NCBI RefSeq assembly: GCF_000186885.1
Contig: NC_014972.1
Span: forward strand, 1,230,001-1,262,000
From: Desulfobulbus propionicus DSM 2032
Lineage (GTDB): Bacteria > Desulfobacterota > Desulfobulbia > Desulfobulbales > Desulfobulbaceae
Direction: 5' to 3'
Length of the DNA: 32,000 nucleotides
This document shows, in pieces, positions 8,383-17,414 of this stretch; position 1 is the first letter of the stretch; each line of letters opens with the position of its first letter. The translations under genes were made by a program, and so were the position numbers. The notes under the pieces are model-generated. The model was not told where the DNA came from and made no database searches. It saw only the letters and a program-made list of their open reading frames with translations.

Positions 8383-10161
8383 TCAGCCGTCAAGGACCGT
8401 GCGCACGCACCGCGCCAGGTCGGCCATGACCACTGGTTTATGGAGAAAGCCCTCGATGCCGATGGCCCTGGATTTGCGGCTGTCGAGCTGTTCGCTGAAT
8501 CCGGTGCAGATGATGACCTTGACCTCAGGGCGGATTTTCTTGATTTCCCGATAGAGTTGCAGGCCCGTCATCTGCGGCATGGTCAGGTCGGCGATCAGCA
8601 GGTCGATCCGGTCGGCCAGGTTGCGGAAGGCCTCCAGGGCATCGTAACTGCTGATGCGCACTGTCACCTTGTAGCCGAGGCGCTCAAGCATGCTGGTGGT
8701 CACGTCGGCAATGGATTTCTCGTCATCGACCAGCAGAATGTGCTCGCTGCCCCGGGGCATTGGTTCTTGGCTGCGATTGTCGGGAGGGGCCTGGTCGGCG
8801 GCCAGTTCCACCACCGGAAAGAAGAGGGTGAAGGTCGTGCCCTTGCCCAGCTCGCTCGTGACCCGGATCTCGCCGCCGTAGCCGCGCAGGATGCCGAGCA
8901 CCACCGCCAGCCCCAGGCCCGTGCCCTTGCCGCGCGGTTTGGTGGTGAAATAGGGGTCGAAAATTTTGGCCATGGTCTCCTGATCCATGCCATGGCCGCT
9001 GTCCTCGATGGTCAGCTGCTGGTACAAGCCGGGGGAGATGGAGAAATGGTCGAATTCGCCGATGCCGAGGGTCACGGTTTCCAGGCGAATGCCGAGTCGG
9101 CCGCCGGTGCTTTCCATGGCGTGCAAGGCGTTGGTGATCAGATTCATCAGCACCTGATGCAATTGGGTGGAATCGGCCATGACCCGGGGGCCGTGATCGG
9201 GCAGCTGGCAGTCGATGGCGATGGTGGCGGGCAGGGTGGGACGGATCAGGTGCACCACCTCGCGCGCCACCGAGGCAATCGAAACCGGCTGGATCTCCTG
9301 ATCGACCTGGCGGCTGAAGGTCAGGATCTGCTTGACCAGGTCGCGCGCCCGCCGGGAGGCGTCGATGATCCCCTGGCAGTGTTCGCAGACTCCGCCGTTG
9401 CCGGTATTCTCCACCAGCATCAGCTCGGCCCGGCCCATGATCGGAGCAAGGAGATTGTTGAAATCATGGGCAATGCCGCCGGCCAGGCTGCCGATGGCCT
9501 CGAGTTTCTGGGTCTGCTGCAGCTGCTTTTCAAAGGTTTTGATTTCATTTTTCAATTTGACCTGCTCGGTGAGGTCGATCACCGTGACAAAAACCTTGTT
9601 CCAGTTCTGGGCAAAACCCGAGGCGACCACGGCCCGCCGTTCTATGGTCAGCGACGCGCCATCCAATGTTTTGTGGTTGAGGATGATTTCCGAACACCCT
9701 CCTTTGTGGAGGTGGAGCAGGGTATGTTTGAACTGCCCCGCCTGATCGTCGGGCCACACCATGGTCAATCTGGTCAGTTCGTCGGGCGATCCTGCTCGGT
9801 ACATGCGCAAGGCGGCCTGATTGGCGCCGATGATCCGCGCCATGGCCAAACAACGGCTCAGGCTTTCCGGATTGTGGTCAAAATAGGCGCCGATATCGGT
9901 AACTCCCTGTTCCGTCAGTTGATCGATGAAGGTCTTGACCGCGCTCAAATCCTCTTCGAGCAAGGGAATGGGCGAGTGCTCAAACAACAAGTGGTAGCGG
10001 GCCTCGGTTTCGGCCAAGGCCTTTGATTTGTCGGTGATGATGGTTTTCTTTCGCTGGTTGAGGACGATCAGGATCACGAGCAGCAGGGCGGCGGCGATCA
10101 GTCCGGCCACCGTGAACAGTTGCGATACAGGGGGGGCAGCAGAATTGAGCGAGCATGGCAC
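8383..10161 (-). CDS. Hybrid sensor histidine kinase (TM-PAS-HisKA-HATPase-REC)
   Basis: One N-terminal TM helix, a PAS-like region, an H-box IAHDFNNLL, G-boxes DSGHGMD and GTGLGLA, and a C-terminal receiver (ILLVDDE...IADLTMPQMTG...KP). SD is GGAGG, 7 nt before the ATG at 10161. Confidence 0.9.
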   Translation of the reverse strand: MPCSLNSAAPPVSQLFTVAGLIAAALLLVILIVLNQRKKTIITDKSKALAETEARYHLLFEHSPIPLLEEDLSAVKTFIDQLTEQGVTDIGAYFDHNPESLSRCLAMARIIGANQAALRMYRAGSPDELTRLTMVWPDDQAGQFKHTLLHLHKGGCSEIILNHKTLDGASLTIERRAVVASGFAQNWNKVFVTVIDLTEQVKLKNEIKTFEKQLQQTQKLEAIGSLAGGIAHDFNNLLAPIMGRAELMLVENTGNGGVCEHCQGIIDASRRARDLVKQILTFSRQVDQEIQPVSIASVAREVVHLIRPTLPATIAIDCQLPDHGPRVMADSTQLHQVLMNLITNALHAMESTGGRLGIRLETVTLGIGEFDHFSISPGLYQQLTIEDSGHGMDQETMAKIFDPYFTTKPRGKGTGLGLAVVLGILRGYGGEIRVTSELGKGTTFTLFFPVVELAADQAPPDNRSQEPMPRGSEHILLVDDEKSIADVTTSMLERLGYKVTVRISSYDALEAFRNLADRIDLLIADLTMPQMTGLQLYREIKKIRPEVKVIICTGFSEQLDSRKSRAIGIEGFLHKPVVMADLARCVRTVLDG

Positions 10162-10454
10162 TACCTCCGGTTGCGTTCCTGCGTCGAGGTCGATCTGTCG
10201 GAAAAAGGCGGCCGCGCCACGGATGGAATCATGGGGACAGGAGAAGGGGGATCAGCGAACAACATGCCCTATAGTAGGGAGAAACATCCGCAGTTGTCAA
10301 AAGGAAAAATCCCGATACTTGGGGCGGATTGACCGCGGGCGGGCAGGGGGTTGTCCCGGTTGCGCTGGAAACGGTTGACACGGCGGTGGTGATATGTGAA
10401 GACGGGTACGATTTTCACCCCGCGGCATCCCGTTTGACAAGGAGATTTCATGGT

Positions 10455-13400
10455 ATGTGTTCGACTTCGGAAGAGAAATGGCAGTTCTGGATCGATCGCG
10501 GCGGCACCTTTACCGATGTGGTGGCCAAGGCGCCGGACGGCCGGCTGACCAGTTGCAAGCTGTTGTCGGAGAATCCTGAACGCTACCCGGACGCGGCCCT
10601 GCACGGTATCCGTTCCCTGCTGGGGCTGGAGGGAGACGCGCCTATCCCCGCAGAGAGAATCGCATCGGTCAAGATGGGGACCACCGTGGCCACCAATGCC
10701 CTGTTGGAACGGCGGGGGGAGCCGACCCTGTTGATGATCACCCGGGGGTTCGGCGACAGCCTGCGCATCGGCTATCAGAACCGGCCCCAGCTCTTTGCCC
10801 GCCATGTCGTCCTGCCGGAAATGCTGTATGCCCAGGTGATCGAGGTGGAGGAGCGGATCGGTGCCCACGGCGACATCGTGACCCCGCTCAACGAGGAACA
10901 GGCGGAGCGTGGGTTGCGGGACGCCCATGCACAGGGGGTGCGGGCGGTGGCCATCGTGCTGGTGCATGGCTACCGGTTTCCTCGGCATGAGCAGCGACTG
11001 GCCGCCTTGGCCGAATCCATCGGCTTCACCCAGATTTCGGTCAGCCATCGGGTCAGCCCGCTCATCAAGCTGATTGCCCGCGGCGACACCACCGTGGTCG
11101 ATGCCTATCTCTCGCCCATCTTGGACCGTTATGTCGAGCGGGTGGCCGGTCAGCTACCCATCGGCGGCAGCGGCACCCGGCTGATGTTCATGCAGTCGAG
11201 CGGCGGTCTGACCGATGCGTTCCTGTTTCGCGGCAAGGATGCGGTGCTCTCCGGCCCGGCCGGCGGGGTGGTCGGCATGGCCCGCACCGCGGCCATGGCT
11301 GGGTTGACTCGCCTGATCGGCTTTGACATGGGCGGCACCTCCACCGACGTGACCCACTTTGACGGCACGTTCGAGCGCAGTTTTGAAACCGAGGTGGCCG
11401 GGGTGCGGCTACGGGCGCCGATGATGCGCATCCACACCGTGGCCGCCGGCGGCGGTTCGATTCTCCATTTCGAGGCCGGCCGTTTTCGGGTGGGACCCGA
11501 TTCCGCCGGGGCCGATCCTGGTCCGGCCTGCTACCGGCGAGGCGGTCCGCTGACCGTGACCGACTGCAACGTCCTGCTGGGTCGCATCCAGCCGGAGTAT
11601 TTTCCCGCCGTGTTCGGCCCCGGAGGGGATCTGTCGCTGGATCGCGCGGTTGTACGCGACAAATTTCTCCAGCTGGCGGCGCGGATTGGCGCGTCCACGG
11701 GAAGGCCCCCTGCCGGCGCCGAGACCGTGGCCGAGGGGTTTTTGCGCATCGCGGTCGAGAACATGGCCAATGCAATCAAGAAGATTTCGGTCCAGCGCGG
11801 CTACGATGTCACCGCCTACACCCTGCAGTGCTTCGGCGGGGCCGGCGGCCAGCACGCCTGTCGGGTGGCGGATGCCCTGGGCATGGAGCGGATCTTTCTT
11901 CATCCCCTGGCCGGAGTGCTGTCGGCCTACGGCATGGGGCTGGCCGATGTTCGCGCCCTGCGCGAGACACAGATCGAGCATCCCTTTGCCGATCCGGCCC
12001 TAGCCGCCCAGATTGCCGATGCCGCCGAACCGCTGCTGGCCGAAGCCGATGCCGAGGTGCGCAATCAAGGGGTGACCGAGGACCGGATCCACCCCCTGTG
12101 CACGGTCTCTCTGCGCTACAGCGGCACCGACACCGCCCTGGCGGTGGAACTCGATACTCCGGAAGCCATGCGCCGCGCTTTTGAGGCGGCCCATCGCCGG
12201 CGATTCGGCTTCATCTCGCCGGATCGTGAGCTGATGGTCGAGACCCTGGCGGTCGAGATCGTGGGCTGCGGCGAACCACTGCTGGAACCGGAGCTGCCCT
12301 TGACCGAGACCGCTGTCCAGCCGGCGCGAAAGGTGCCCATGTGGAGCGGCGGCGCATGGCGGCAAGTGCCGCTGTACCTGCGCGAGGATCTCAAGCCGGG
12401 CCACCGGCTGCAGGGACCGGCAATCATCGTCGAACCCATCGGCACCGTGGTGTTGGAGCCAGGTTGGCAGGCCTTGGTCAACAGCCGCAACCACCTCCTG
12501 ATGGAACGCCGCGCAGCCCGCCCAGGAGTTGAAGTCGTCGCCACCACCGTTGATCCGGTCATGTTGGAAGTGTTCGCCAACCTGTTCATGTCAATTGCCG
12601 AGCAGATGGGCGTGACCCTGGCCAACACCGCTCATTCGGTCAATATCAAGGAACGGCTCGATTTTTCCTGCGCCCTCTTTGACGCCGACGGCAATTTGGT
12701 GGCCAATGCGCCCCATGTGCCGGTCCATCTGGGGTCCATGGGCGAATCGGTGCGGGCCGTTCTGCGCGACAACCGGGGGCGGATGCGGCCCGGCGACGTG
12801 TTCATGCAGAACGCGCCCTACAACGGCGGCACCCATCTACCGGACGTGACCGTGATCACCCCTTGCTGGGATGCGGCCGGACGCGAGATTCTCTTTTTCG
12901 TCGGCTCGCGCGGACATCATGCCGACATCGGCGGCCGTACCCCCGGCTCATCGCCGCCCGATTCGCGCCGTATCGAGGAAGAAGGCATCGTGATCGACAA
13001 CTGGCTGTTGGTGCAAGAAGGGGTGTTCCGTGAGCAGGCCACCCGGGAGTTGCTGCTCTCCGGTCCCTATCCCTGCCGCAAGGTCGAGCAGAACCTGGCC
13101 GATCTGACCGCCCAGATCGCGGCCAACGAGACCGGGGTACGCGAGTTGCGGCGCATGGTCGAGCACTTCGGCCTGGACACGGTCCGCGCCTACATGCGCC
13201 ATGTCCAGGACAATGCCGAAGCCTCGGTGCGGCAGGTGTTGTCGGCCCTGCGCGATGGCGCGTTCACCTATCCCATGGACGACGGCAGCCGCATCCAGGT
13301 GCGGATTACCGTGGATCCAACGGCCGGCGAAGCCATCATCGATTTCACCGGCACCTCGCCCCAGCATCCGGGCAACCGCAATGCGCCCCGTTCGGTGTGC

Positions 13401-14099
13401 CGGGCCGCGGTGCTCTACGTGTTCCGCACCTTGATCAACGATGATCTGCCACTCAACGAGGGCTGCCTCAAGCCATTGAGGATCGTCATTCCCGAAGGAT
13501 CGATGATCAATCCCCGCTATCCGGCGGCGGTGATTGCCGGCAACACCGAGGTTTCGCAGGCGATCACCGACTGTCTCTACGGTGCGCTCGGCCTGTTGGC
13601 CGCCTCCCAGGGGACGATGAACAACTTTCTCTATGGCAACGAGGTCCACCAGAATTACGAGACCATCTGCGGCGGTACCGGTGCCGGGCCGGATCACGAT
13701 GGCACCAGCGCGGTGCACAGCCACATGACCAACACCCGCATGACCGATCCCGAGGTGCTGGAACTGCGTTTTCCGGTGCGGGTCGAGGCTTTTGCCATCC
13801 GCCGGGGCTCCGGGGGCCGCGGCCGGTTCCGGGGTGGCGACGGCGTTGTCCGGCGGATGCGCTTTCTCGAACCCATGACCGCCACCATTCTTTCCTCCAG
13901 CCGGGTGACCGCCCCCTACGGGCTTGCGGGCGGCCAGCCCGGCCAGTGCGGCCGCAACACCCTGGTGCGCAACGAGGGACGGGTGGTCGCCTTGCAAGGA
14001 AACGACGAGGTGAAGGTGGACAGCGGCGATGTGATCGTCATCGAAACCCCGGGTGGCGGCGGGTTTGGACCGCCCGACGCCGAGCAGCCGGTCCGATGA
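10455..14099 (+). CDS. Fused hydantoinase A/B family protein, 5-oxoprolinase (ATP-hydrolysing)-like
   Basis: 1214 aa. The N-terminus [16 protein letters not shown] is typical of the HyuA/oxoprolinase N-terminal domain, and the C-terminal half is HyuB-like ([20 protein letters not shown]...). ATG at 10455 follows AGGAGA at 9-nt spacing. The upstream part of track ORF 10329.. is rejected. Confidence 0.9.
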   Translation: MCSTSEEKWQFWIDRGGTFTDVVAKAPDGRLTSCKLLSENPERYPDAALHGIRSLLGLEGDAPIPAERIASVKMGTTVATNALLERRGEPTLLMITRGFGDSLRIGYQNRPQLFARHVVLPEMLYAQVIEVEERIGAHGDIVTPLNEEQAERGLRDAHAQGVRAVAIVLVHGYRFPRHEQRLAALAESIGFTQISVSHRVSPLIKLIARGDTTVVDAYLSPILDRYVERVAGQLPIGGSGTRLMFMQSSGGLTDAFLFRGKDAVLSGPAGGVVGMARTAAMAGLTRLIGFDMGGTSTDVTHFDGTFERSFETEVAGVRLRAPMMRIHTVAAGGGSILHFEAGRFRVGPDSAGADPGPACYRRGGPLTVTDCNVLLGRIQPEYFPAVFGPGGDLSLDRAVVRDKFLQLAARIGASTGRPPAGAETVAEGFLRIAVENMANAIKKISVQRGYDVTAYTLQCFGGAGGQHACRVADALGMERIFLHPLAGVLSAYGMGLADVRALRETQIEHPFADPALAAQIADAAEPLLAEADAEVRNQGVTEDRIHPLCTVSLRYSGTDTALAVELDTPEAMRRAFEAAHRRRFGFISPDRELMVETLAVEIVGCGEPLLEPELPLTETAVQPARKVPMWSGGAWRQVPLYLREDLKPGHRLQGPAIIVEPIGTVVLEPGWQALVNSRNHLLMERRAARPGVEVVATTVDPVMLEVFANLFMSIAEQMGVTLANTAHSVNIKERLDFSCALFDADGNLVANAPHVPVHLGSMGESVRAVLRDNRGRMRPGDVFMQNAPYNGGTHLPDVTVITPCWDAAGREILFFVGSRGHHADIGGRTPGSSPPDSRRIEEEGIVIDNWLLVQEGVFREQATRELLLSGPYPCRKVEQNLADLTAQIAANETGVRELRRMVEHFGLDTVRAYMRHVQDNAEASVRQVLSALRDGAFTYPMDDGSRIQVRITVDPTAGEAIIDFTGTSPQHPGNRNAPRSVCRAAVLYVFRTLINDDLPLNEGCLKPLRIVIPEGSMINPRYPAAVIAGNTEVSQAITDCLYGALGLLAASQGTMNNFLYGNEVHQNYETICGGTGAGPDHDGTSAVHSHMTNTRMTDPEVLELRFPVRVEAFAIRRGSGGRGRFRGGDGVVRRMRFLEPMTATILSSSRVTAPYGLAGGQPGQCGRNTLVRNEGRVVALQGNDEVKVDSGDVIVIETPGGGGFGPPDAEQPVR

Positions 14100-14223
14100 C
14101 CTCCGGATCGTTTTGCCGGGGATCGCGGCCCCGCTGGCCCATGGCAGTCTGCTTGAGACAAGGTGGTGATCAGGTGGCGGCGAGGGAAAATTGGCGGTAG
14201 CTTCCGGTAACTTCAAAATAACA

Positions 14224-14252
14224 TTGACAATAATTTCAGGTTTGGCTAGCTT
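14224..14252 (+). promoter_or_regulatory. Candidate sigma-70 promoter for the rhodanese-MBL gene
   Basis: TTGACA (14224-14229), a 17-nt spacer, then TAGCTT (14247-14252), preceded by an A/T-rich stretch. The -10 element is weak. Confidence 0.3.
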
Positions 14253-14301
14253 TCGCAAAGCCCGTTGCAGGTACGGCAATTCTTACCCTCCAGGAGCGCA
14301 C

Positions 14302-15462
14302 ATGGCACCCTTCACCTACGAGGCAAAGGACCTGTTCCAGTGGTTGACCACCCGGGAAGACATGGTGGTGGTCGATGTCAGAAATGAAAAGGATTTCAAT
14401 CGCTTCCACGTCGAAAGCCCTTATCCGTTCACCCTCCGCAACATTTCCTATTACGAATTCATGGAAAACGAGGAGGAGTCGGTTGGCCGTATTCCTCAAG
14501 GCAGCAAGGTGCGCATCGTCTGCGCCAAGGAAGGGTCAGCCAAGTATGTGGCGGATATTTTTGCCAAACATGGATACGACGTCGGCTATCTGCGCGGCGG
14601 CATCAAGACCTGGGGCAATCTCCTGGTGCCGATGCTGGTGGCCCGCAACGATGGGTACGAACTGTATCAGTTCATCCGTCCGGGCAAGGCCTCGTGCAGC
14701 TACGGTCTGATCAGCGGCAAGGAGATGATGCTCTTCGACCCTTCGCGCAACCTTGAATTCTATCTGGGCTTTGCCGCGGACAAGGGCTGCATGATCAGCA
14801 AAACCTTTGAAACCCATCTCCAAGCCGACTACATCGCCGGCAGCCGCGACATCGCCAAACGAACCGGTGCCGTGTTTTACGCCAACGACGGCGATTTCAA
14901 GACCTCGAAAAATCCCTACACCCCGTTGCGCGACGGCGAGATCCACCGTTTCAGCCTCGGCGGTCCCACGGTGCGGATCCTGTTCACCCCCGGTCATACC
15001 CCTGGTTCCACCTCCTACGTGATCGACGAGCGGTTCCTCATTTCCGGGGACATGGTGTTCATCAACTCGGTCGGCCGGCCCGATCTGGGAGGCAAGGCCG
15101 AGGAATGGGCTGGCATGCTGTTCGACTCGATCCAGATGGTCAAGGGGCTCGATCGCCAGCTCATGGTGCTCCCCGCGCACTATATCGACTGGGATGAGGC
15201 CAACGAACAGTTGATCTTCACCCGCCCCCTGGGTGAGGTGTTCGAGCGCAACCAGGAAATTTACGAAATCGGGACGCTGGCGGCCTTTGTCGACTTCATC
15301 AAGGCCAATATGCGGCCCCAGCCCGAGGAATACGCCACGATCCGCCTGGTCAACGCCAACCTCCGCGAGGAAGACGAGGACCGCCAGGAAGAACTGGATC
15401 TGGGCAAGAACGAGTGCGCCGCCTCGGCCTATGCCAAGACCCAGACAGCCAGGGCCGGTTGA
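14302..15462 (+). CDS. Rhodanese domain - MBL-fold metallo-hydrolase fusion (persulfide-dioxygenase-like architecture)
   Basis: N-terminal rhodanese-like domain (VVVDVRNEKDFNRFHV...IVCAKEGSAKY...GGIKTW). MBL core has ETHLQADY, TPGHTPGS, SGDMVF and LPAHY. ATG at 14302 follows AGGAG. Confidence 0.8.
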   Translation: MAPFTYEAKDLFQWLTTREDMVVVDVRNEKDFNRFHVESPYPFTLRNISYYEFMENEEESVGRIPQGSKVRIVCAKEGSAKYVADIFAKHGYDVGYLRGGIKTWGNLLVPMLVARNDGYELYQFIRPGKASCSYGLISGKEMMLFDPSRNLEFYLGFAADKGCMISKTFETHLQADYIAGSRDIAKRTGAVFYANDGDFKTSKNPYTPLRDGEIHRFSLGGPTVRILFTPGHTPGSTSYVIDERFLISGDMVFINSVGRPDLGGKAEEWAGMLFDSIQMVKGLDRQLMVLPAHYIDWDEANEQLIFTRPLGEVFERNQEIYEIGTLAAFVDFIKANMRPQPEEYATIRLVNANLREEDEDRQEELDLGKNECAASAYAKTQTARAG

Positions 15463-15498
15463 GGTCACCGCGCCGCTTTGCTTGAATGATTGTCAGGC

Positions 15499-15537
15499 TG
15501 TCCGCGGGCCCGCTCCGGACCGTCGGTCGTTTTTTTT
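15499..15537 (+). terminator. Probable intrinsic terminator after the rhodanese-MBL gene
   Basis: GC-rich hairpin region (GTCCGCGGGCCCGCTCCGGAC...) followed by T8 (15530-15537). The stem geometry is ambiguous. Confidence 0.5.
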
Positions 15538-15561
15538 CCTTCTTCTTTTCATACAAGGTTT

Positions 15562-16362
15562 ATGCAGATACCACATCTCTCCTCCTCTCTATGCAAAGGG
15601 CTGCTGTTCTTTTCCCTCCTCACCCTCGCCAGCCCTTGGCCGGTTCCGGTTGCCACCGGCACCGATCTGCCCACCACCCCCAAGGCAGAAACCGCCATGG
15701 CCCAGACCCGGCCCAAGATCCAGCAGGAGTTGCAGGCCAAGGGCTTTGCCGTCGGGCAACCGATTTTTGTCCGTATTTTCAAGATCCCCGGCATACTCGA
15801 ACTGTGGATGAACAAGGGCCGTGGATTCGAATTGTTCAAAGCCTACAAGGTCTGCAACTATTCCGGCTTCCCCGGCCCCAAGATCAGCGAAGGCGATTGG
15901 CAGGCACCCGAGGGCTTCTACAGTGTTTCGGCCGAGCAGCTGAATCCCAATTCCGGTTATCACCTGGCCTTTGATATCGGGTATCCCAATGCATTCGATG
16001 TGGCCAAGCGCCGGACAGGCAATCTGATCATGGTGCACGGCAACTGCAAGTCAGTGGGCTGTTTCGCCATGACCGACCGCCGCATCGAGGAAATTTACCT
16101 GTTGGCGCACGAGGCCCTTGCCCAAGGCCAGGAGCGGTTCGATGTCCACATCTTTCCTTTTCCGCTGACCCAGCGCAATCTGAAGAAATTCGCCGCTTCG
16201 CCCTGGATCAAGTTCTGGGAGAGTCTGGAGCCGGGTTATTCGGCCTTTGAGATGTCCAAGCAGGTACCGCAGATCGCGGTACAAAACGGCGAGTATGTGG
16301 TCACCTCGCGCGTGCCGAAACTGGCCATGCGCAACAGCTTCGAACAGGATCGCTCAAACTAA
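15562..16362 (+). CDS. YafK/DpaA-like L,D-transpeptidase-fold (YkuD domain) periplasmic protein
   Basis: Signal peptide. The block NPNSGYHLAFDIGYPNAFD...LIMVHGNCKSVGCFAMTD...FDVHIFPF matches my memory of E. coli YafK and contains the YkuD His...Cys catalytic motif. Confidence 0.85.
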   Translation: MQIPHLSSSLCKGLLFFSLLTLASPWPVPVATGTDLPTTPKAETAMAQTRPKIQQELQAKGFAVGQPIFVRIFKIPGILELWMNKGRGFELFKAYKVCNYSGFPGPKISEGDWQAPEGFYSVSAEQLNPNSGYHLAFDIGYPNAFDVAKRRTGNLIMVHGNCKSVGCFAMTDRRIEEIYLLAHEALAQGQERFDVHIFPFPLTQRNLKKFAASPWIKFWESLEPGYSAFEMSKQVPQIAVQNGEYVVTSRVPKLAMRNSFEQDRSN

Positions 16363-16454
16363 ACCCGGGGCCGCGCATCACGCAAACGGCACGCCCGCCG
16401 CACAGGCTTTTTGCCGGCCGCTTATTTTTTTCCTTCAACGCCTTTGTTGACGAA

Positions 16455-16494
16455 CTCCATCCGGGCAGGGTACCGCCCGGATGGAGTTTTTCTT
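16455..16494 (+). terminator. Intrinsic terminator
   Basis: Perfect 12-bp stem, CTCCATCCGGGC (16455-16466) with GCCCGGATGGAG (16475-16486), an 8-nt loop, then TTTTTCTTT. Confidence 0.85.
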
Positions 16495-16532
16495 TCACAC
16501 AGGCGGCGAGAGACACCGTATCGGAGAACGCG

Positions 16533-17414
16533 ATGACCGGACCAATAGCCGTTGAAATCCTGGCGGTCGGCAATGAGCTGCTGCGGGGCGAAATCCTCGA
16601 CACCAACAGCCACTGGATCTGTCGTCTGGTCAACAGCCGGGGCGGCCGGGTGGTCCGGGTGACCATGCTGCCGGACATCGAGGCGGAGATCGTCGCTGCG
16701 GTGCGCTCGGCCATCGACCGGGAGGTGGCGGTGGTGTTCACCTCGGGCGGCCTGGGGCCAACCGACGATGATCTCACCCTGGAGGCGGTGGCCAAGGGAG
16801 CGGGGGTGGAACTGGCGCTCGATGCAACCGCGCGGGAAATGGTGCGGCAACGCTATGACGATTTCCATGCCCAGGGCGTGCTGGCCGAGGGCGGGCTCAA
16901 TCCTTTCCGGGAAAAGATGGCTTGGTTGCCGAAGGGCGCCGTGCCGCTCCATAACCCGGTGGGCACCGCTCCGGGAGTGTTGCTGTCCGTGGGCCGAACG
17001 GTGATCATCTCCCTGCCGGGAGTGCCACCGGAACTGGAGGGGATCATCCGCCACTCGCTGGCCGCTTTCATCGATCAGACCTTTGGCAACGGCGGGAGCT
17101 TTGCCCGCAGCCTGACCGTGCGCTGCAACGACGAGTCGATCATGGTGCCGGTGCTCAGCCGGGTGGTCGAGGGACATCCCCATGTGTACATCAAATCCCT
17201 GGCCCGGGCGTTGGGCGAGGTGGCGGAGTTGGATATTTTGTTCACGGTCATCGGCGGTGACGCGCATCAGCGCCAAGACTGGGTTGATGCGGCGATGGCC
17301 GAACTGGAACAGGGTTTGACGGCGCTGGGTATCGAACATTGGGAGAAGCAGCGTCATCTGGGTGACGACTCGGCCTGGGCGCCTTGCGTACACCAAAGAT
17401 GTTTCATCCCCTGA
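16533..17414 (+). CDS. CinA-like MoCF-biosynthesis (MoaB/MogA-like) domain protein without a PncC deamidase domain
   Basis: VEILAVGNELLRGEILDTNSHWI...FTSGGLGPTDDDLT...LPGVPPEL are characteristic of the CinA N-terminal (COG1058-type) domain. The 3' end overlaps ade by 11 nt on the opposite strand. Confidence 0.8.
   Translation: MTGPIAVEILAVGNELLRGEILDTNSHWICRLVNSRGGRVVRVTMLPDIEAEIVAAVRSAIDREVAVVFTSGGLGPTDDDLTLEAVAKGAGVELALDATAREMVRQRYDDFHAQGVLAEGGLNPFREKMAWLPKGAVPLHNPVGTAPGVLLSVGRTVIISLPGVPPELEGIIRHSLAAFIDQTFGNGGSFARSLTVRCNDESIMVPVLSRVVEGHPHVYIKSLARALGEVAELDILFTVIGGDAHQRQDWVDAAMAELEQGLTALGIEHWEKQRHLGDDSAWAPCVHQRCFIP

Noticed and set aside
8371-10026. 551-aa + strand ORF
   Set aside because: It is antisense to the hybrid histidine kinase, which has unmistakable H-, N- and G-boxes and a receiver. 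The + ORF has shadow-like composition.
10330-10445. Three TTGAC(A/C) copies upstream of the oxoprolinase gene as promoters
   Set aside because: None has an acceptable -10 hexamer at 16-18 nt spacing. I kept it only as a note under the oxoprolinase finding.
14205-14240. A/T-rich AATAACATTGACAATAATT resembling a Fur box
   Set aside because: Only about 10 of 19 positions match the Fur consensus by my count, which is not better than chance for an A/T-rich promoter region.
12948-14279. 443-aa minus-strand ORF
   Set aside because: It is antisense to the oxoprolinase gene and has no recognisable motifs.
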